A DNA stretch of 64,000 nucleotides. It comes from Squalus acanthias. Lineage: Eukaryota. The stretch covers positions 143,656,001 through 143,720,000 of the forward strand of contig CM059431.1 of the NCBI GenBank assembly GCA_030390025.1. The letters run 5' to 3'. Under the pieces are notes generated by a model. That model searched no databases, was not told the DNA's origin, and was given only the letters and a program-made list of their open reading frames with translations. This document shows positions 1 through 12,700 of the stretch, in pieces. Every line of letters starts with the position of its first letter. Positions within the stretch are counted from its first letter, which is position 1. A program made the position numbers and the translations under genes.

Positions 1-544
1 GCAGTTATCCGATATCGATCCCATATCGCCAGTTTCCCACTATTGGACACAGTTAAAATGAATACCATTGTGTTCGTGTCGGAAACAGCGCCCCGAATTC
101 TCAGTTAAATACAGCCTGGAGGTAGAGAGGTCGCAGAATGATCAGTTATTCATCGATGTGGATAAGAGAATGCACATTGTGTCCTTTGGAATGAGATGCC
201 TCTAATTTATCAGTTGGTAGTTCCAATGTCTGTTTGTGTCTTTTGGACTGGCTGCCAACACGTTGCGTCAATCAGATCCAAGAGGTGTGCACGACAATAG
301 AAAAGACGGTAAGCCGGACGGTTCAGAAGACGCTGAACCAGCTGGAGAAGGACTGCGAGCTGATCATCCGCATCACCAGGTGCCAGCTCGAGGAGAGCAG
401 GTGAGGCTTTAGTGGGAGTTGTGTTCAGGACAGGTGCAGTAAGCCTGGGCAAACAAGGCTGGGAATTAACAACATTGTCAGAAATGGTAACAGAAAAAAG
501 TATTATAACTGAAGAGGGCATCGGGACAAAGAGACTGGGATCGA

Positions 545-830
545 TATTCCTTTCTCAGCTCCTCTAATTCCGGGTTCTTGCACATCTCCGATTTTAATCG
601 CTCCACGATTGGCGGCCCTGCCTTCAACTGCCGAGGCTCTAAGGTTTAGAATTCCCTCTCTAAGCCTCGCCACCGCTTTAATTCTCTTTCCTCCTTCAAG
701 AGGTTCGTTAAAGACTTTTCATGTTCACTATTATCTCCTTATGTGGCTCGGTGTCAAATTATGTTTGATGCGCCATGGGACGTTTAACTACATTATAAGC
801 ACAATATAAATATAAGCTGTTGTTATTATA
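545..830 (+). mobile_element. L2-like LINE 3' end fragment
   Basis: Matches the L2-type 3' end also seen at 3480-4110 and 62400-62960 (ctccaccattggcggccgtgccttcagctgcc ... tatataaatgcaagttgttg type tail). Confidence 0.6.
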
Positions 831-974
831 TCATGAAAATATAGATAGGAAAATTTGACTTATTTTCTTCAGCAGCTGTTATACTTCAAGATGATCCTAT
901 CCAAGATTTCAAGTTAATGGGGTAGTTGACAAAGATTATTGTGAACTGTTCATAGTAGTTGGCTCAGACACTAG

Positions 975-3196
975 GGTCCCGAATTTAAATAAAGGAAACT
1001 ACGATGTTATGAGGCGTGAGTTGGCTAGGATGGATTGGGTAGCGTTACTTAAAGGGTTGACGGTGGATAGGCAATGGCAAACATTTAATGATCGCATGGA
1101 TGAACTACAGAATTTGTTCATCCCTGTTTGGCATAAGAATAAAACAAAAACGGTGACGCAACCATGGCTAACAAGGGAAATTAGGGATAGCATAAGATCC
1201 AAGGAGAGGACAGATAAATTGGCCAGAAAATGCAGCAAACCTGAGGATTGGGAGCAGTTTAGGATTCAGCAAAGGCTGCCAAAGGGATTAATTAAGAGGG
1301 GGGAAATAGAGTATGAGAGTAAGCTTGCTGGGAAAATAAAAACTGATTGCAAAAGCTTCAATAGATATGTGAAAATAAAAGGATTGGTGAAGTCAAGCGT
1401 AGGTCCCTTGCAGTCAGAATCAGGGGGACTTATAATGGGGAACAAAGAAATGTCTGACCAATTAAATACATACTTTGGTTATGTCTTCAAAAGAGGGGCA
1501 GAAATAACCTCCCAGAGATGTCGGGGAACATAGGGTTTAATGAGAGGGAAGAACTGAATTAAATCAGTATTTGTAGGGAAATGGTGTTAGGGAAATTGAC
1601 ATTATTGAAGGCCGGTAAATCACCAGGGCCTGATAATCTACATCCGAGGGTACTTAAGGAAGTGGCCCATGAAATAGTTGATGCATTGCTGGTCATCTTC
1701 CAAAATTCTATAATCTCTGGAAAAGTTCCCATGGATTGGAGATGAGCTAATGTAACACCACTATTTTAAAAGGGTGGGAGAGAAAAAACGGGGAATTATA
1801 GACCGGTAAGCCTGACATCGGTAGTGGGGAAAATGCTAGAGTCCATTATAAAAAATGTAATAGCAGAGCACTTGGAAAACAGTGACAAGATCGGACAAAG
1901 TCAACATGGATTTACAAAAGGTAAATCATGCTTGACTAATCTACTGGAATTTTTTGAGGATGTAACTGGTAGAATAGATAAGGGAGAACCATTGGATGTG
2001 GTGTATTTGGACTTTCAGAAGGCTTTCGATAAGGTCCCGCATAAGAGATTAGCGTGCAAAGTTAAAGCACATGGGATTGGGGGCAAAGGTACTGACTTGG
2101 ATAGAGAACTGGTCGGCAGACAGGATGCAAAGTGTAGGAATAAACGGGTATTTTCCGTGTGGCAGGCAGTGTCTAGTGGGGTACCGCAGGGATCGGTGCT
2201 TGGACCACAGTTATTCACAATATATATTAATGATCTAGACGAGGGAACTTGATCTCCAAGTTTGCAGACGACACAATGCTGGGTTGCCGTGTGTGTTGTG
2301 AGGAGGATGCAGAGAAACTCCTGTTTGATTTGGACTAGTTGAGTGATTAGGCAGATGCATGACAGATGCAGTATAATGCGGATAAATGCGAGGTTATCCA
2401 CTTTGAAGGCAAAAACAGGAAGGCAGATTATTATCTGAACGGCAATAGATTGGGAAAAGGGGAAGTGCAAGGAGACCTGGGAGTCCTTGTGCACCAGTAG
2501 TTGAAGGTAAGCATGCAGGTGCAGCAGGCAGTTAGGAAGGCGAATGGTATGTTGGCCTTCATAGCGAGAGGATTCGAGTACAGGAGCAAGGATGTCTTGC
2601 TGCAGTTGTACAGGGCCTTGGTGAGACCACACCTTCAGTATTGTGTGCAGTTTTGGTCGGCTTATCTGAGGAAGGATGCTCTGCCAGGGAGGGAGTGCAG
2701 CGAAGGTTCACCAGACTGATAACTGGGATGGCAGGAATGACGTCTGAAGAGAGATTGGGACGATGGGGCTTGTATTCGCTAGAGTTTTGAAGAATGAGAG
2801 GGGATCTTATTGAAACTTATAAAATTCTAACAGGACTAGACAGACTAGATGCAGGAAGGATGTTCCCGATGGCGGGGGAGCCCAGAAACAGGGGTCACAG
2901 TCTAAGGATAAGGGGTAAGCCATTTAGGACTGAGATGAGGAGGAATTTCTTCACCCAGAGAGTGGTGAACCTGTGGAGTTCTATACAACAGAAGGCAGTT
3001 GAGGCCAATTCATTAAATATATTCAAGATGGAGTTAGATATATTTCTTAAGGCTAAAGGGATCAAGAGATATGTGGAGAAATCAGGGACTGGGTACTGAA
3101 TTTGGATGATCAGCCATGATCTCATTAAATGGTGGTGCAGCCTCGAGGGGCCGAATGGCCTACTCCTTCTCCTATCTTCTATGTTTCTATGTTTCT
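975..3196 (+). mobile_element. CR1 LINE, 5'-truncated ORF2 (RT) with frameshifts and 3' tail
   Basis: ORFs 1009-1533, 1824-2252 ([35 protein letters not shown]), 2501-3099; ends in (ttctatgt)n tail. Confidence 0.93.
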
Positions 3197-3479
3197 ATAC
3201 CAAGCAGGAAAGGTAGAATCGGGGAGTTAGGAGCAAGAACACAAATCGAATGACCCGTTTTATCCGAAGTGAACTGATATCCTGGAATAATTTTCCATGG
3301 AAGAGAATTGAAGCGAGCAGCACAGGGAACCTTGAGTCAGGATTGAAGGATATGTGTGTGGATGCACAAAGAGTTCGAAGCACAGTTGAAGTTGGAAGCT
3401 ATAATAATTATGGAGAATAGAATGTTGCTGTAGTGGGAACATATCTTAGATTTAGACTGGCCTTGGAACTTAATATCCG

Positions 3480-4110
3480 AGGTTTCGTCCTTGCCTCTGC
3501 CCATCTGCTGCTGAAACCCTCATCCTGCTATTGTTACCTCCAGAGTGGACTCGCCTATTCCAGTGCTCTCCTGGCCGCTCTTCTTTCACCATCCATAATC
3601 TTGAGCTCATAGTAAACTCTGCGGCCCCTATCTTAACTTGCACCAAGTCCCGTGCACCCATCTCCCCTGTGAGCGCTGACCTATATTGCCCCCTTGTTCA
3701 GCAACACTTCGATTTTAAATTTATCATCCTCCTGTTGAAATCTCTCCATGGCCTCGCTAATCCTTATTCGATAGCTTTCTAAAGCCCTACAGCCGTCTGT
3801 GGATTCTGCGTTCTTCCAACTCTGCCCTCTTCTGCATCCCCCACTTCCGTCGACCCACCATTGGTAGCTGTGCCTTCAGCTACCTCGGCCCTAAGCTCTG
3901 GAAATACTTCCCTAAACCTCTCTACTTTTCCAAATCTCTCTTCCTATAATACAATCCTTAAAACCTATCTCTTTCATCAAGGTTTTGAACAGTCATCCTA
4001 ATGTATCCTTCTTCGGCTCCGTGTCAATTTTATCTGATTACGTTCCTGTGAAGCACCTCAGGACGTTGTACTAATTTAAAGGCGCTATATAAATGCAAGT
4101 TGTTGCTGCT
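3480..4110 (+). mobile_element. L2-like LINE 3' fragment
   Basis: Decayed L2 C-terminal coding (FKFIILLLKSLHGLA) and aggcgctatataaatgcaagttgttg tail. Confidence 0.7.
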
Positions 4111-4119
4111 TTCATGAGA

Positions 4120-5170
4120 CAAAGGAGCAGCAAAAGGTTGTGGAGTGGCAGTGTTAGTGAATTATTCTGTTACAGCGCTAGGAAACAATGGCATCACAGA
4201 CGTTGCAATGAGAAAGAATTCACTTGGACAGGGTTAAGGATAAGCAAGGGCCAAAGTACAATTCTCGATGGACATAACAGAACGTTTAGCGTATGTGATA
4301 GAAGGGGAGAACTGCAGCCAGTTAAAAGTATAATGTAAGAACAAGAGCTTAAACATATTGGGAGGTTTTATATATCCTAAGTTAAACAGGAATAAACTGA
4401 ATATGCGTGGTCAAAGTGGAGAACACATATTAGAATGGATCCGGGACTGCTTGTCAGATCAGTATGTTTCAATTCAACAAGGAAAGAAACATCGCTTGCT
4501 TTAGTTCTGGAGATTTATGTCGGGTACATAACTGCATTGAGAGTAGGAGAGAAACTTGGAAATAGTGACAACCCATATTGGGAGATGGGGCGCCTCAGAA
4601 TGTTGGCCATTTTAACTTTGGGCAATAATGTAAAACGGACGATATCGCTTGGACCGCTCGTGATAAATCTCACGAAATTTTCCTTTCAATTAAAGTCATT
4701 CCGGAGAGATGTCAAACCGGCTGCCGATTCATTATCACATGTTTTACACCATGGCACACAGCCACAATTATCCCAGGGCAAAGAAAATCGAACGGGCCTA
4801 TAATGGGCGGATAAATGGACATCACCCATTGAACACTATCGCCCAGAGTTAAAATTACCCACAATGGGAAACTTCAAATGAAGGCATCTGATGACGTTTA
4901 GTGCTAATAATGTTAAATATAATCACGTGGAATGTAAAAATTTAATGGCGTTTTCAAACTTGAGAAAGAATGGTTTAAAATGGGGTATTAAGGTGACAAG
5001 AGGTAGCATAACAGCAAATAGTAAGGGCTTTTATAAATACACAAAATTAATCAATTAATTAGAGAAGGTAGGACCGATCAGGAATACAGTATGCGGTGGT
5101 GGGTGATGGTGTAAAATGGACGATATAGAATTATCTGCCCAATATACACCATGAAGTCAATCGAAGGGAA
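4120..5170. repeat. Duplicated ~1.05-kb block, copy A (paralogous to 34060-35130)
   Basis: Colinear match, e.g. ggagtggcagtgttagtgaat, ttacagcgctaggaaacaatg, aaaccggctgccgattca, cccagagttaaaattacccacaatg present in both. Confidence 0.85.
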
Positions 5171-5194
5171 AATCCTGAGATTACTACCTTTGCG

Positions 5195-6430
5195 CTCCTA
5201 TTTGTTAATTTACCTCCCTATATTCTGCTTTTAGGACCTCCTCCCGTTTTTTACCTATATCGTTGATGCCTATGTGCACCACGACAACTGGCTGTTCGCC
5301 CTCCACCTCCAAAATATTCTGTAGCCGCTCCGAGACTTCCTTGACCCTTGCACCAGGGAGGCAACACACCATCCTGGAGTTTCGTTTGCAGCCGTAGAAA
5401 CGCCTATCTATTCCCCTTACAATTGAGTCCCCTATCACTATAGCTCTTCCACACCTTTTCCTCCCAGCCTGTGCAGCAGAGCCACCCATGGTGCCAGGAA
5501 GTTGGCTGCTGCTGCCTTCCCCTGATAAGTCATCCCCCCAACAGTATTCAAAGTGGTATATCTGTTTGAGAGGGGGATGGCCACAGGGGACACCTGCACT
5601 ACCTGCCTGCACCTCTTACTCTGCCTGCTGGTCACCCATTCACTTCCTGCCTGTACACCCTTTGCCTGCGGTGTGACCAACTCGCTAAACGTGCTATCCA
5701 CGACGTTCTCAGCGTCGCGAATGCTCCAATATGCATCCATCCGCAGCTCCTGCGCCGCAATGCAGCCTATCAGTAGCTGCAGCTGGATACACTTCCCACA
5801 CTCATGGTTGTCAGGGACACAGGAAGCGTCCCTGATTTCCCACATATAGCAGGAGGAGCATATCACGGGGCAGAGCTCTCCTGCCATGACTTACCCTTAA
5901 TTAATTCATTAAAATTAAATTAAATGACTCCCACCAATTTCACTTCAATTAAATGATATACTCAAGGGCACTTTCCCGACACTGGCCTCTATAAAAAGCC
6001 CACGAAAGTGAGTTTAACAACTTACTGTGCTGCTGCTCTCTCCGCTCCCGACACTGACCTCTGCAATAAAGCCCGCGAAAGTGAGTTTAACTATTCACAG
6101 TGCTGCTGCTCTCTCCGCTCCCGACACTGGCCCCTGTAAAAAAGCGCGCGAAATAAACTTAAAACTTAACAAAAACACTCACCTGCAAATCCCCAATGAG
6201 CGCTCTCCCTCTAGTAATGGGCTATGAACTACTCAGCAGAAATACACTTAAAACTCAACAAAAAACTTAACAGAAAATACCCACCAACTACTCACCAATT
6301 CGCTCCCCTCTGACCACCTCACTTCTGAATTCTGACGTCACTCCTGTGCTAAGTTCCTCTCGCTGACCCTTTGCCTCTCACAGGTCCGCCGCTCAGATCC
6401 GGTCCCAGCCCTCCTCTCCGCGCTCCTTTT
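5195..6430 (-). mobile_element. CR1 LINE 5' part: 5'UTR and ORF1 (zinc finger plus SGNH esterase)
   Basis: ORF 5438-5887 (CSSC..CGKC) and 5205-5612 (RAIVIGDS, VVVHIGIND), frameshifted; homologous to 30720-31660. Confidence 0.88.
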
Positions 6431-7119
6431 ATCAATGAATAAAAATAGGTTGATGGGATGTTGAGATAAGGCGGGTAAAGTGATTGGAATTTTTTCTCGG
6501 GTGCAGTGTAAACGCGGTCACGGACTGGTTTGGAAAAATGATCTGTTCCCCTGTTATCAATTCTACAACATTTTGATGACCAGTTTGGAATTTAAGTAAA
6601 CATCTGTGAACAAAGATGTTTAATGTCCCATTGACGAGTCACGTTCCTACTGTCTCCATCGTTCGACACTGATCAGGAGAAAGGGCCCCGTTCTATTGTT
6701 CCAGGAGACAATGGCGGGCGGAGTCTGATGGGGAGACCAGCGCCTGCAACATTCACACCGAGATTACAGAATTACAGAAAACCACCATTGTAACAATTTG
6801 TTTCAACATTAAAAGAAAATGTAACTATTAATTAAACTGGGGCGAATCATTCCAGTACCTGCGGTGTGATGCAATTAACGCTGACGCCCACGTGTTCTAC
6901 TCCACTGCTGAAGCTCAATCATGACTGTTCTCTTTGGATCTTGAGCGGGAAATGCGCTGTTTTAGCGGGAATCGATTATGTTCATCGGGGAAAGCAGCAC
7001 ACATCAGAGACACGGCACAAAGTGGGATAAATATTCTCTGATGCCTTTGAATTTTCACAAAAGCAAACCATACTATTTGAACTCTAGTTAGGACCGGAAT
7101 CTTTGTTTTATTTTTTCAT

Positions 7120-8820
7120 TTATTTGCAAATAAATGTCCAAGGAGTTTTCATCACCTGCTTCAGCTCTTCCCTGAATTTAGTTTGTGTAGCTGCATAAAT
7201 ACACGTGTTTGTACAGGAGCTCAAACACATGAGCATATATCCGGTTTCAGCGGCAATATAGGCAGGGGCTGCATAATCGCCTCTGTAATGCACGGTGCTT
7301 GTCAGTCTGGTAGTTAAATAAGTAACGGTAGTTGTCAGCCACAACAGTATAAAACTGGCCGATACACTGAAAAGTAAAACGATGGATTTCCTTCGGTTCT
7401 CTATCTCTGGATCGCTCTGATTCTCACTGCTGTGACCCCGGAGTCCCCTGCGGGCTCTACTGGCCACTAAAATACGTCTGGCTGTCAAACAATTAAACAG
7501 TAATATCAAAACATAACTAAGCCAAGAAAAACAAATGCTACGTAACCAGGAAAACGCCACACCAACAGGCGATGAAGAAAACTCCACTCTGGGTCGGCAA
7601 CCCCAGTGAACATTGTTAATTATTCGCTCAGGTTCAAATGCAAACCAAAAGAGGAGGCTCTGTAAACAGATCAGGACAGAGACCGTTGTTATAACCGCGG
7701 CCGCAGTTCTCACTGTGCAATTCTTTATTTTAAACTTCTCACAACATATAGCTACAAATCGGTCAAATGTGAACGAGACTGTAAACCACACCGACAAATA
7801 GAGGGCGACACATTGCAGCTATATAATGATCTTACAAACGACAGTGTAGGACAGGAATGTATGTGGAAAGTGATAACGTAAAATGCGATTCACTAATATA
7901 TTGATGATCATGACCAGGAGATCTGCTGTTGCCATGTCCACCATGTAGACAGAGATACATTTGGAAAGGTCGCAGTTTCCTCTGGAGAGAATCACGATTG
8001 TCAGTAGGTTCGCTGTGAGAAATAGGGAGAAGAGGTCAGTAACAGGGTCACTCAGTTAAATCTCACAGCATATTGTGGGGAAATGTTCAGATGTGTCCCT
8101 ACTTAGGGTTATGCACACGGATTGTTAGCATGAATATAGGCGAGGGTTAATGTATTTTGTTTAACATAAATTATTCATTGGACATTCAATATAGAGGGAC
8201 TGAAAATCCATCATCCTTCCAGCATACTTCACTCAGTCTTTGTCAAATATTAAATATTATTTCACGGCAATTAATGGAAAGATATAATTCAAATGAAACA
8301 TTCAGCTGAGACAGAAACGTTCAATCCATGTCCAAATTCCGCCGAGGGGAGTGGAGCATCTTCTTGAGTGGAAATTATTTCTCAAAGTCCCCTGTTGGGT
8401 GGAGGTGACTGCAGTCTGAGGAATTATCACATTAATATAGACAAGGAATAACGGCACAAATGAAGTGAATGTTATAGACACTGAGCAACACGTTCTTTAT
8501 TGATCTATGCACGGTTGGAGAGGCCGGGGAATTAGCCTCGCCCTCCCTCAGTATAGGGAGGAAGGTTGAGCGTCCGGTACAATGGATCTGCCCACCAGAA
8601 CAGCGCCCGCGCGGTCTGGAAGGATTCTCGCTAATATTCAGCGACTGATCCCGGTGGATGAATGAATTTGCAATAAGGACATTCTCAGAAGATGTTGCAT
8701 TAACACTCAGATACTCCACAGCTGTTAGGGAGCAGGATACATTGACTTACCGGGAACGGCAAAGGCACCGAGAAAATGATAGTAAATGTCCCTTATCTGT
8801 AGAATTGCTGGCCGTGCCAT
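7120..8820 (-). pseudogene. gpr139-like: Two-exon class A GPCR, GPR139/GPR142-like, copy 1; in-frame nonsense codon in TM3
   Basis: Exon 1 8820-8751 (MARPAILQIRDIYYHFLGAFAVP, G|gtaagt); intron 8750-8013; exon 2 from 8012 (cag|CG) ANLLTIVILSRGNCDLSKCISVYMV..ADLL; TAG at 7821-7819; then ORF 7120-7797 with FDRFVAIC, NTCIY, FREEL. Confidence 0.85.
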
Positions 8821-8899
8821 TGTTTTGTAGATTTGTGTGAAGATTGAGCGGCTTTACGGTTCCGACTAGAGGCAATCGGAGATCCGTAAATGCTCCCCC

Positions 8900-9085
8900 T
8901 TTATAGGACCGCCGCTGCCCCTGTGAGAAAATCATGTTACACAATAATTGGCGTTTGTTACAGTCACTTAACAAACAAGGGGCGATTTTCCCCTTCAGTG
9001 CGTCCCGGCCGCCACTGGGGAAATTGTACAATTTAGTCCATGAAACTCCGTCCATTAAAAACAATGAACGGAAAGTAATCCCAGA
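8900..9085 (-). promoter_or_regulatory. Putative promoter of GPCR copy 1 (TATA, CCAAT, conserved upstream block)
   Basis: TATAAA at 8905-8900 (80 bp from ATG), CCAAT at 8951-8947; same spacing and flanking sequence at 48719-48905. Confidence 0.65.
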
Positions 9086-9244
9086 GGGAATGTGCTCTGC
9101 GAATCTCTGGTGAAAACTGATGGCAACATCCCTCCAGGACTCTGCATTAGCTTCTTGAAGTCACATGTTAATTTGGTGAAATCGTCACTCATCCATTGTA
9201 CAACGATTTGCTTTGTACTGTGATGATGAATGATGATGAATCGG

Positions 9245-9795
9245 CTCTAACATGACTGACGATGATTCTAATCTTAAATTACTGATGGTGACACGGTGGC
9301 ATAGTGGTTTGCACTGTTGCCTCACAGAGCCAGGTACCCGGGTTCGAATCCGGCCCCGGGTGACTGTCTGTGTGGAGTTTGCACATTCTCCCCATGTCTG
9401 CGTGGGTTTCCTCCGGGTGCTCCGGTTTCCTCCCACAGTCCAAAGATGTGTGGGTTTGGTTGATTTGGCTATGATAAATTCACCCTTAGTGTTAGGGGGG
9501 ATTAAATACGTGGGGTTACGGTGATAGGGTGGGATATGTGTCAGTGCAGGCTCGATGGGCTGAAATGGCCTCTATCTGCACTGTGGGGATTCTGTGATCC
9601 TGTGATTCTGTGACGCTACTCTAACATTACTGGTGGTGACCCTTCTCTATCATTACTGCTGCTGACATTCATGTTGTTGATCCTAGATAACCTTACAGGT
9701 GATGACCCAACGCTAACACTACTGCCATGAATCTAGGCTACCATTGCTGGTAGTGATCCTACTGTAACATTACTGGGGGTGAACCTAATCTAACC
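9245..9795. repeat. Degenerate 26-bp satellite (ctactctaacattactggtggtgacc), interrupted by a SINE
   Basis: Units such as gacgctactctaacattactggtggtgaccc at 9612-9642; same family as 49050-55180. Confidence 0.75.
9287..9613 (+). mobile_element. tRNA-derived V-SINE (HE1-like)
   Basis: A box tggcatagtgg, B box gttcgaatc, V-domain gtgtggagtttgcacattctccccatgtctgcgtgggtttcctccggg, CR1-like tail with tgtgattc repeats. Confidence 0.9.
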
Positions 9796-9796
9796 T

Positions 9797-12700
9797 GCGC
9801 ACGTGTTCCACCTCTGAATTCCTTCCTTCAGGGGAACGGAAGTTCCGGTTTCCCGTGCATTCCTGAAACCGGAACTTCAGGTGGACTTACAGGTGAGTAC
9901 ACAGCGCGTACTCACCCGACAAGAGCCGAATTTCTGGCCCAAATTTTTTTCCGTTGCTAAAAATAAACTTAACTTTCTTTAAAGTATTTTTAAATGATAA
10001 ATCAGTGAAACATCTTTTAAAAACTTTTTTCAACTCTTATCCTGGTAAAAGCAGGCCTTACGCCTGCTCATAGAGTCATAGAGTTATACAGCACATAAAG
10101 AAGCCCTTCGGCCCATCGTGTCTGCGCCGGCCATCAAGCCGTATCTATTCTAATCCCATTTTCCAGCACTTGGTCCGTAGCCTTGTATGGTATGACGTTT
10201 CAAGTGCTTATCTAAATGCTTCTTGTGTGTTGCGAGGGTTCCTCCCCCTACCACACTTTCAGTCAGAGAGTTCCAGATTCCAACCACCCTCTGGGTGAAA
10301 ACGATTTTCCTCAAATTCCCTCTAAACCTCCTGCCCCTTATCTTGAAACTATGCTACCTGGTTATTGGCCCCTCTACTAAGGGGAAAAGTTCCTTTCTAT
10401 CTACGATGTCTATTCCCCTCATAATTTTGTACACCTCAATCAGGTCCCCCCTCAGCCTTCTCTGCTCTAGGGAAAACATCACTAGCCTGTCCAGTCTCTC
10501 TTCATAGCTGAAACGCTCCAGCCCAGCTATCATCCTGCGGAATCTCCTCTGCACCCTCTCCAATTCAATCACATCCTTCTATAGTGTGGTGACCAGAACT
10601 GCACACAGTATTCCAGCTGTGGAATAACTAGTGTTTTGTACAGCTTCATCATAACCTCCCTGCTCTTATATTCTATGCCTCGGCTAATGAAGGCAATATC
10701 CCATAGGCCTTTCTGACCACCTTATCTACCTGTCCTGCTGCCTTCAGGAATCTATATACATGCACACCAAGGTCACTCTGATCCTTTGTCCTTCCTAGAG
10801 TCCTACCATTCATTGTGTAATCCCTTGCCTTGTTAGTCATCCTAAAATGCATCACCTCACACTTTTCAGGGTTAGACTCCATTTGCCACAGATCTGCCCA
10901 TCTGACCAACCCGCCTATATCGTCCTGTAGCCTGAGGCTTCCCTCCTCGTTATTTACCACTCCACCAATTCTCGTGTCATCTGCGAACTTACTGATCATA
11001 CCTCCTACATTCAAATCTAATCATTAATGTACACTACAAGCAGCAATGTCCCCAGCACCGATCCCTGCGGTATAACACTGGACACAGGCTGCCAGTAACA
11101 AAAACAACCTTCGACCATCACTCTCTGCTTCCTGCCACTAAACCAATTTTGGATCCAATGTGGCAAATTGCCCTGGAACCCATGGGCTCTTAACTTCTTG
11201 ACCAGTCTCCCATGCGGGACTATGTCAGAAGCCTTACTGAAGTCCATGAAGATTACATCAACTGCACTACCCTCATTCGCACACCTAGTCAGCTCCTGGA
11301 AAAATTTAATCAAATTGTTTCGACAGGTTCTCCCCCTGACAAAGCCATGCTGACTATCCTTGAGTAATCCTTTCCTCTCCAAGTGGAGACTTATTCTGTC
11401 CCTCAGAATTTTTCCCAATAATTTCCCTACCACTGATGTTATGCTGACTGGCCTGTAATTCCCTCGTTTATCCCTACTACCCTTCTTGAATAATGGTACT
11501 ACGTTAGATGTTCTCAAGTCCTCTGGCACCTCCCCTGTGGCCAGAGAGTTCCTGAACATTTGTGTCCGAGGCCCTTTACTCTCATCCCTTGCCTCACACA
11601 GCAGCCTGGGATACATCTCGTCTGGGCCTGGGGATTTAACCACTTTTAAATCCGCTAACACCGCGAGTACCTACTCCCTCTCAATGCTAATTTGTTCAAG
11701 TATATCACAATCCCTCTGCCTGATTTCTATGCCTACATCATCCTTCTCCATATTGAACATAGATGCAAAATTTTCATTTAAAACCTCACCTACATCTTCC
11801 GGCTCTACACAGAGATTGCCACTTTGGTCCCTAATTGGCCCTACTCTTTCCATGGATATCCTCTTGCCCTTAATATACTTATAAAACAACTTGGGATTTT
11901 CCTTTATTTTGCCCGCCAGTGGTTTTTCATGCCACCTCTTCGCTCTCCTAATTTCTTTTTTAAGTACCCCTTGCACTTTCTATACTCCTCTAGGGCTTCT
12001 ACTGTTTTTAGTCCTTTGTACCTGCCAAAAGCCTCCCTTTTTTTCCTAATCCATTGTTGTATATCCCTTGACCACCAGGGTTCCCTGGACTTGTTGGTCC
12101 CACCCTTGACCTTTACGGGAACATGTTGGCGCTGTACTCTCTCTATTTCCTTTCTGAATGCCTCCCACTGCTCTGATGAGGATTTTACTACAAGTAACTG
12201 ATCCCTGTCCAATTTGGCCAGATCCTGCCTTATCATGTTAAAATCGGCCTTCTCCCAATTTAGAACCTTTATTTCCGTATCATCTTTGTCCCTTTCCATG
12301 ACTACCTTAAATCTCACCGAATTATGGTCACTGTCACCTAAACTCTCCTACTGACACTTCTGCCACTTGCCCGGCTACATTCCCTAGAATTAGGTCCAGT
12401 ACCGCCCCCTTTCTTGTAGGACTTTCTACATGCTGGCTCAAAAATCTCTCCTGGCTGCACTTTAATAATTCTGCACCCTCCACGCCTTTCAAACTCTGAC
12501 TATCCCAGTTAATATTGGGGAAGTTGAAATCCCCTACTATTATTACCCAATTATTTCTACACTTCTCTGAGATTTGCCTACATATCTGATCCTCTGTCTC
12601 CCCCTGACTGTTTGGGGGTCGATAGTTCACTCCCAGCAAAGTGCTTGCCACATTTTTGTTTGTAAGTTCTACCCATATGGCCTCATTAGAGGAACCTGCT

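Noticed and set aside
2015..2632. 205-aa minus-strand ORF and similar ORFs opposite LINEs and PLEs (e.g. 11486, 17819, 28225, 33769, 50532, 51072)
   Set aside because: Antisense shadows of retroelement coding sequence
4435..4803. ORF similar to 34498-34758 as a conserved gene
   Set aside because: Similarity is explained by the DNA duplication; starts, stops and frames differ between copies
9291..9365. Functional tRNA gene
   Set aside because: tRNA-derived head of the V-SINE, continuous with its body and tail
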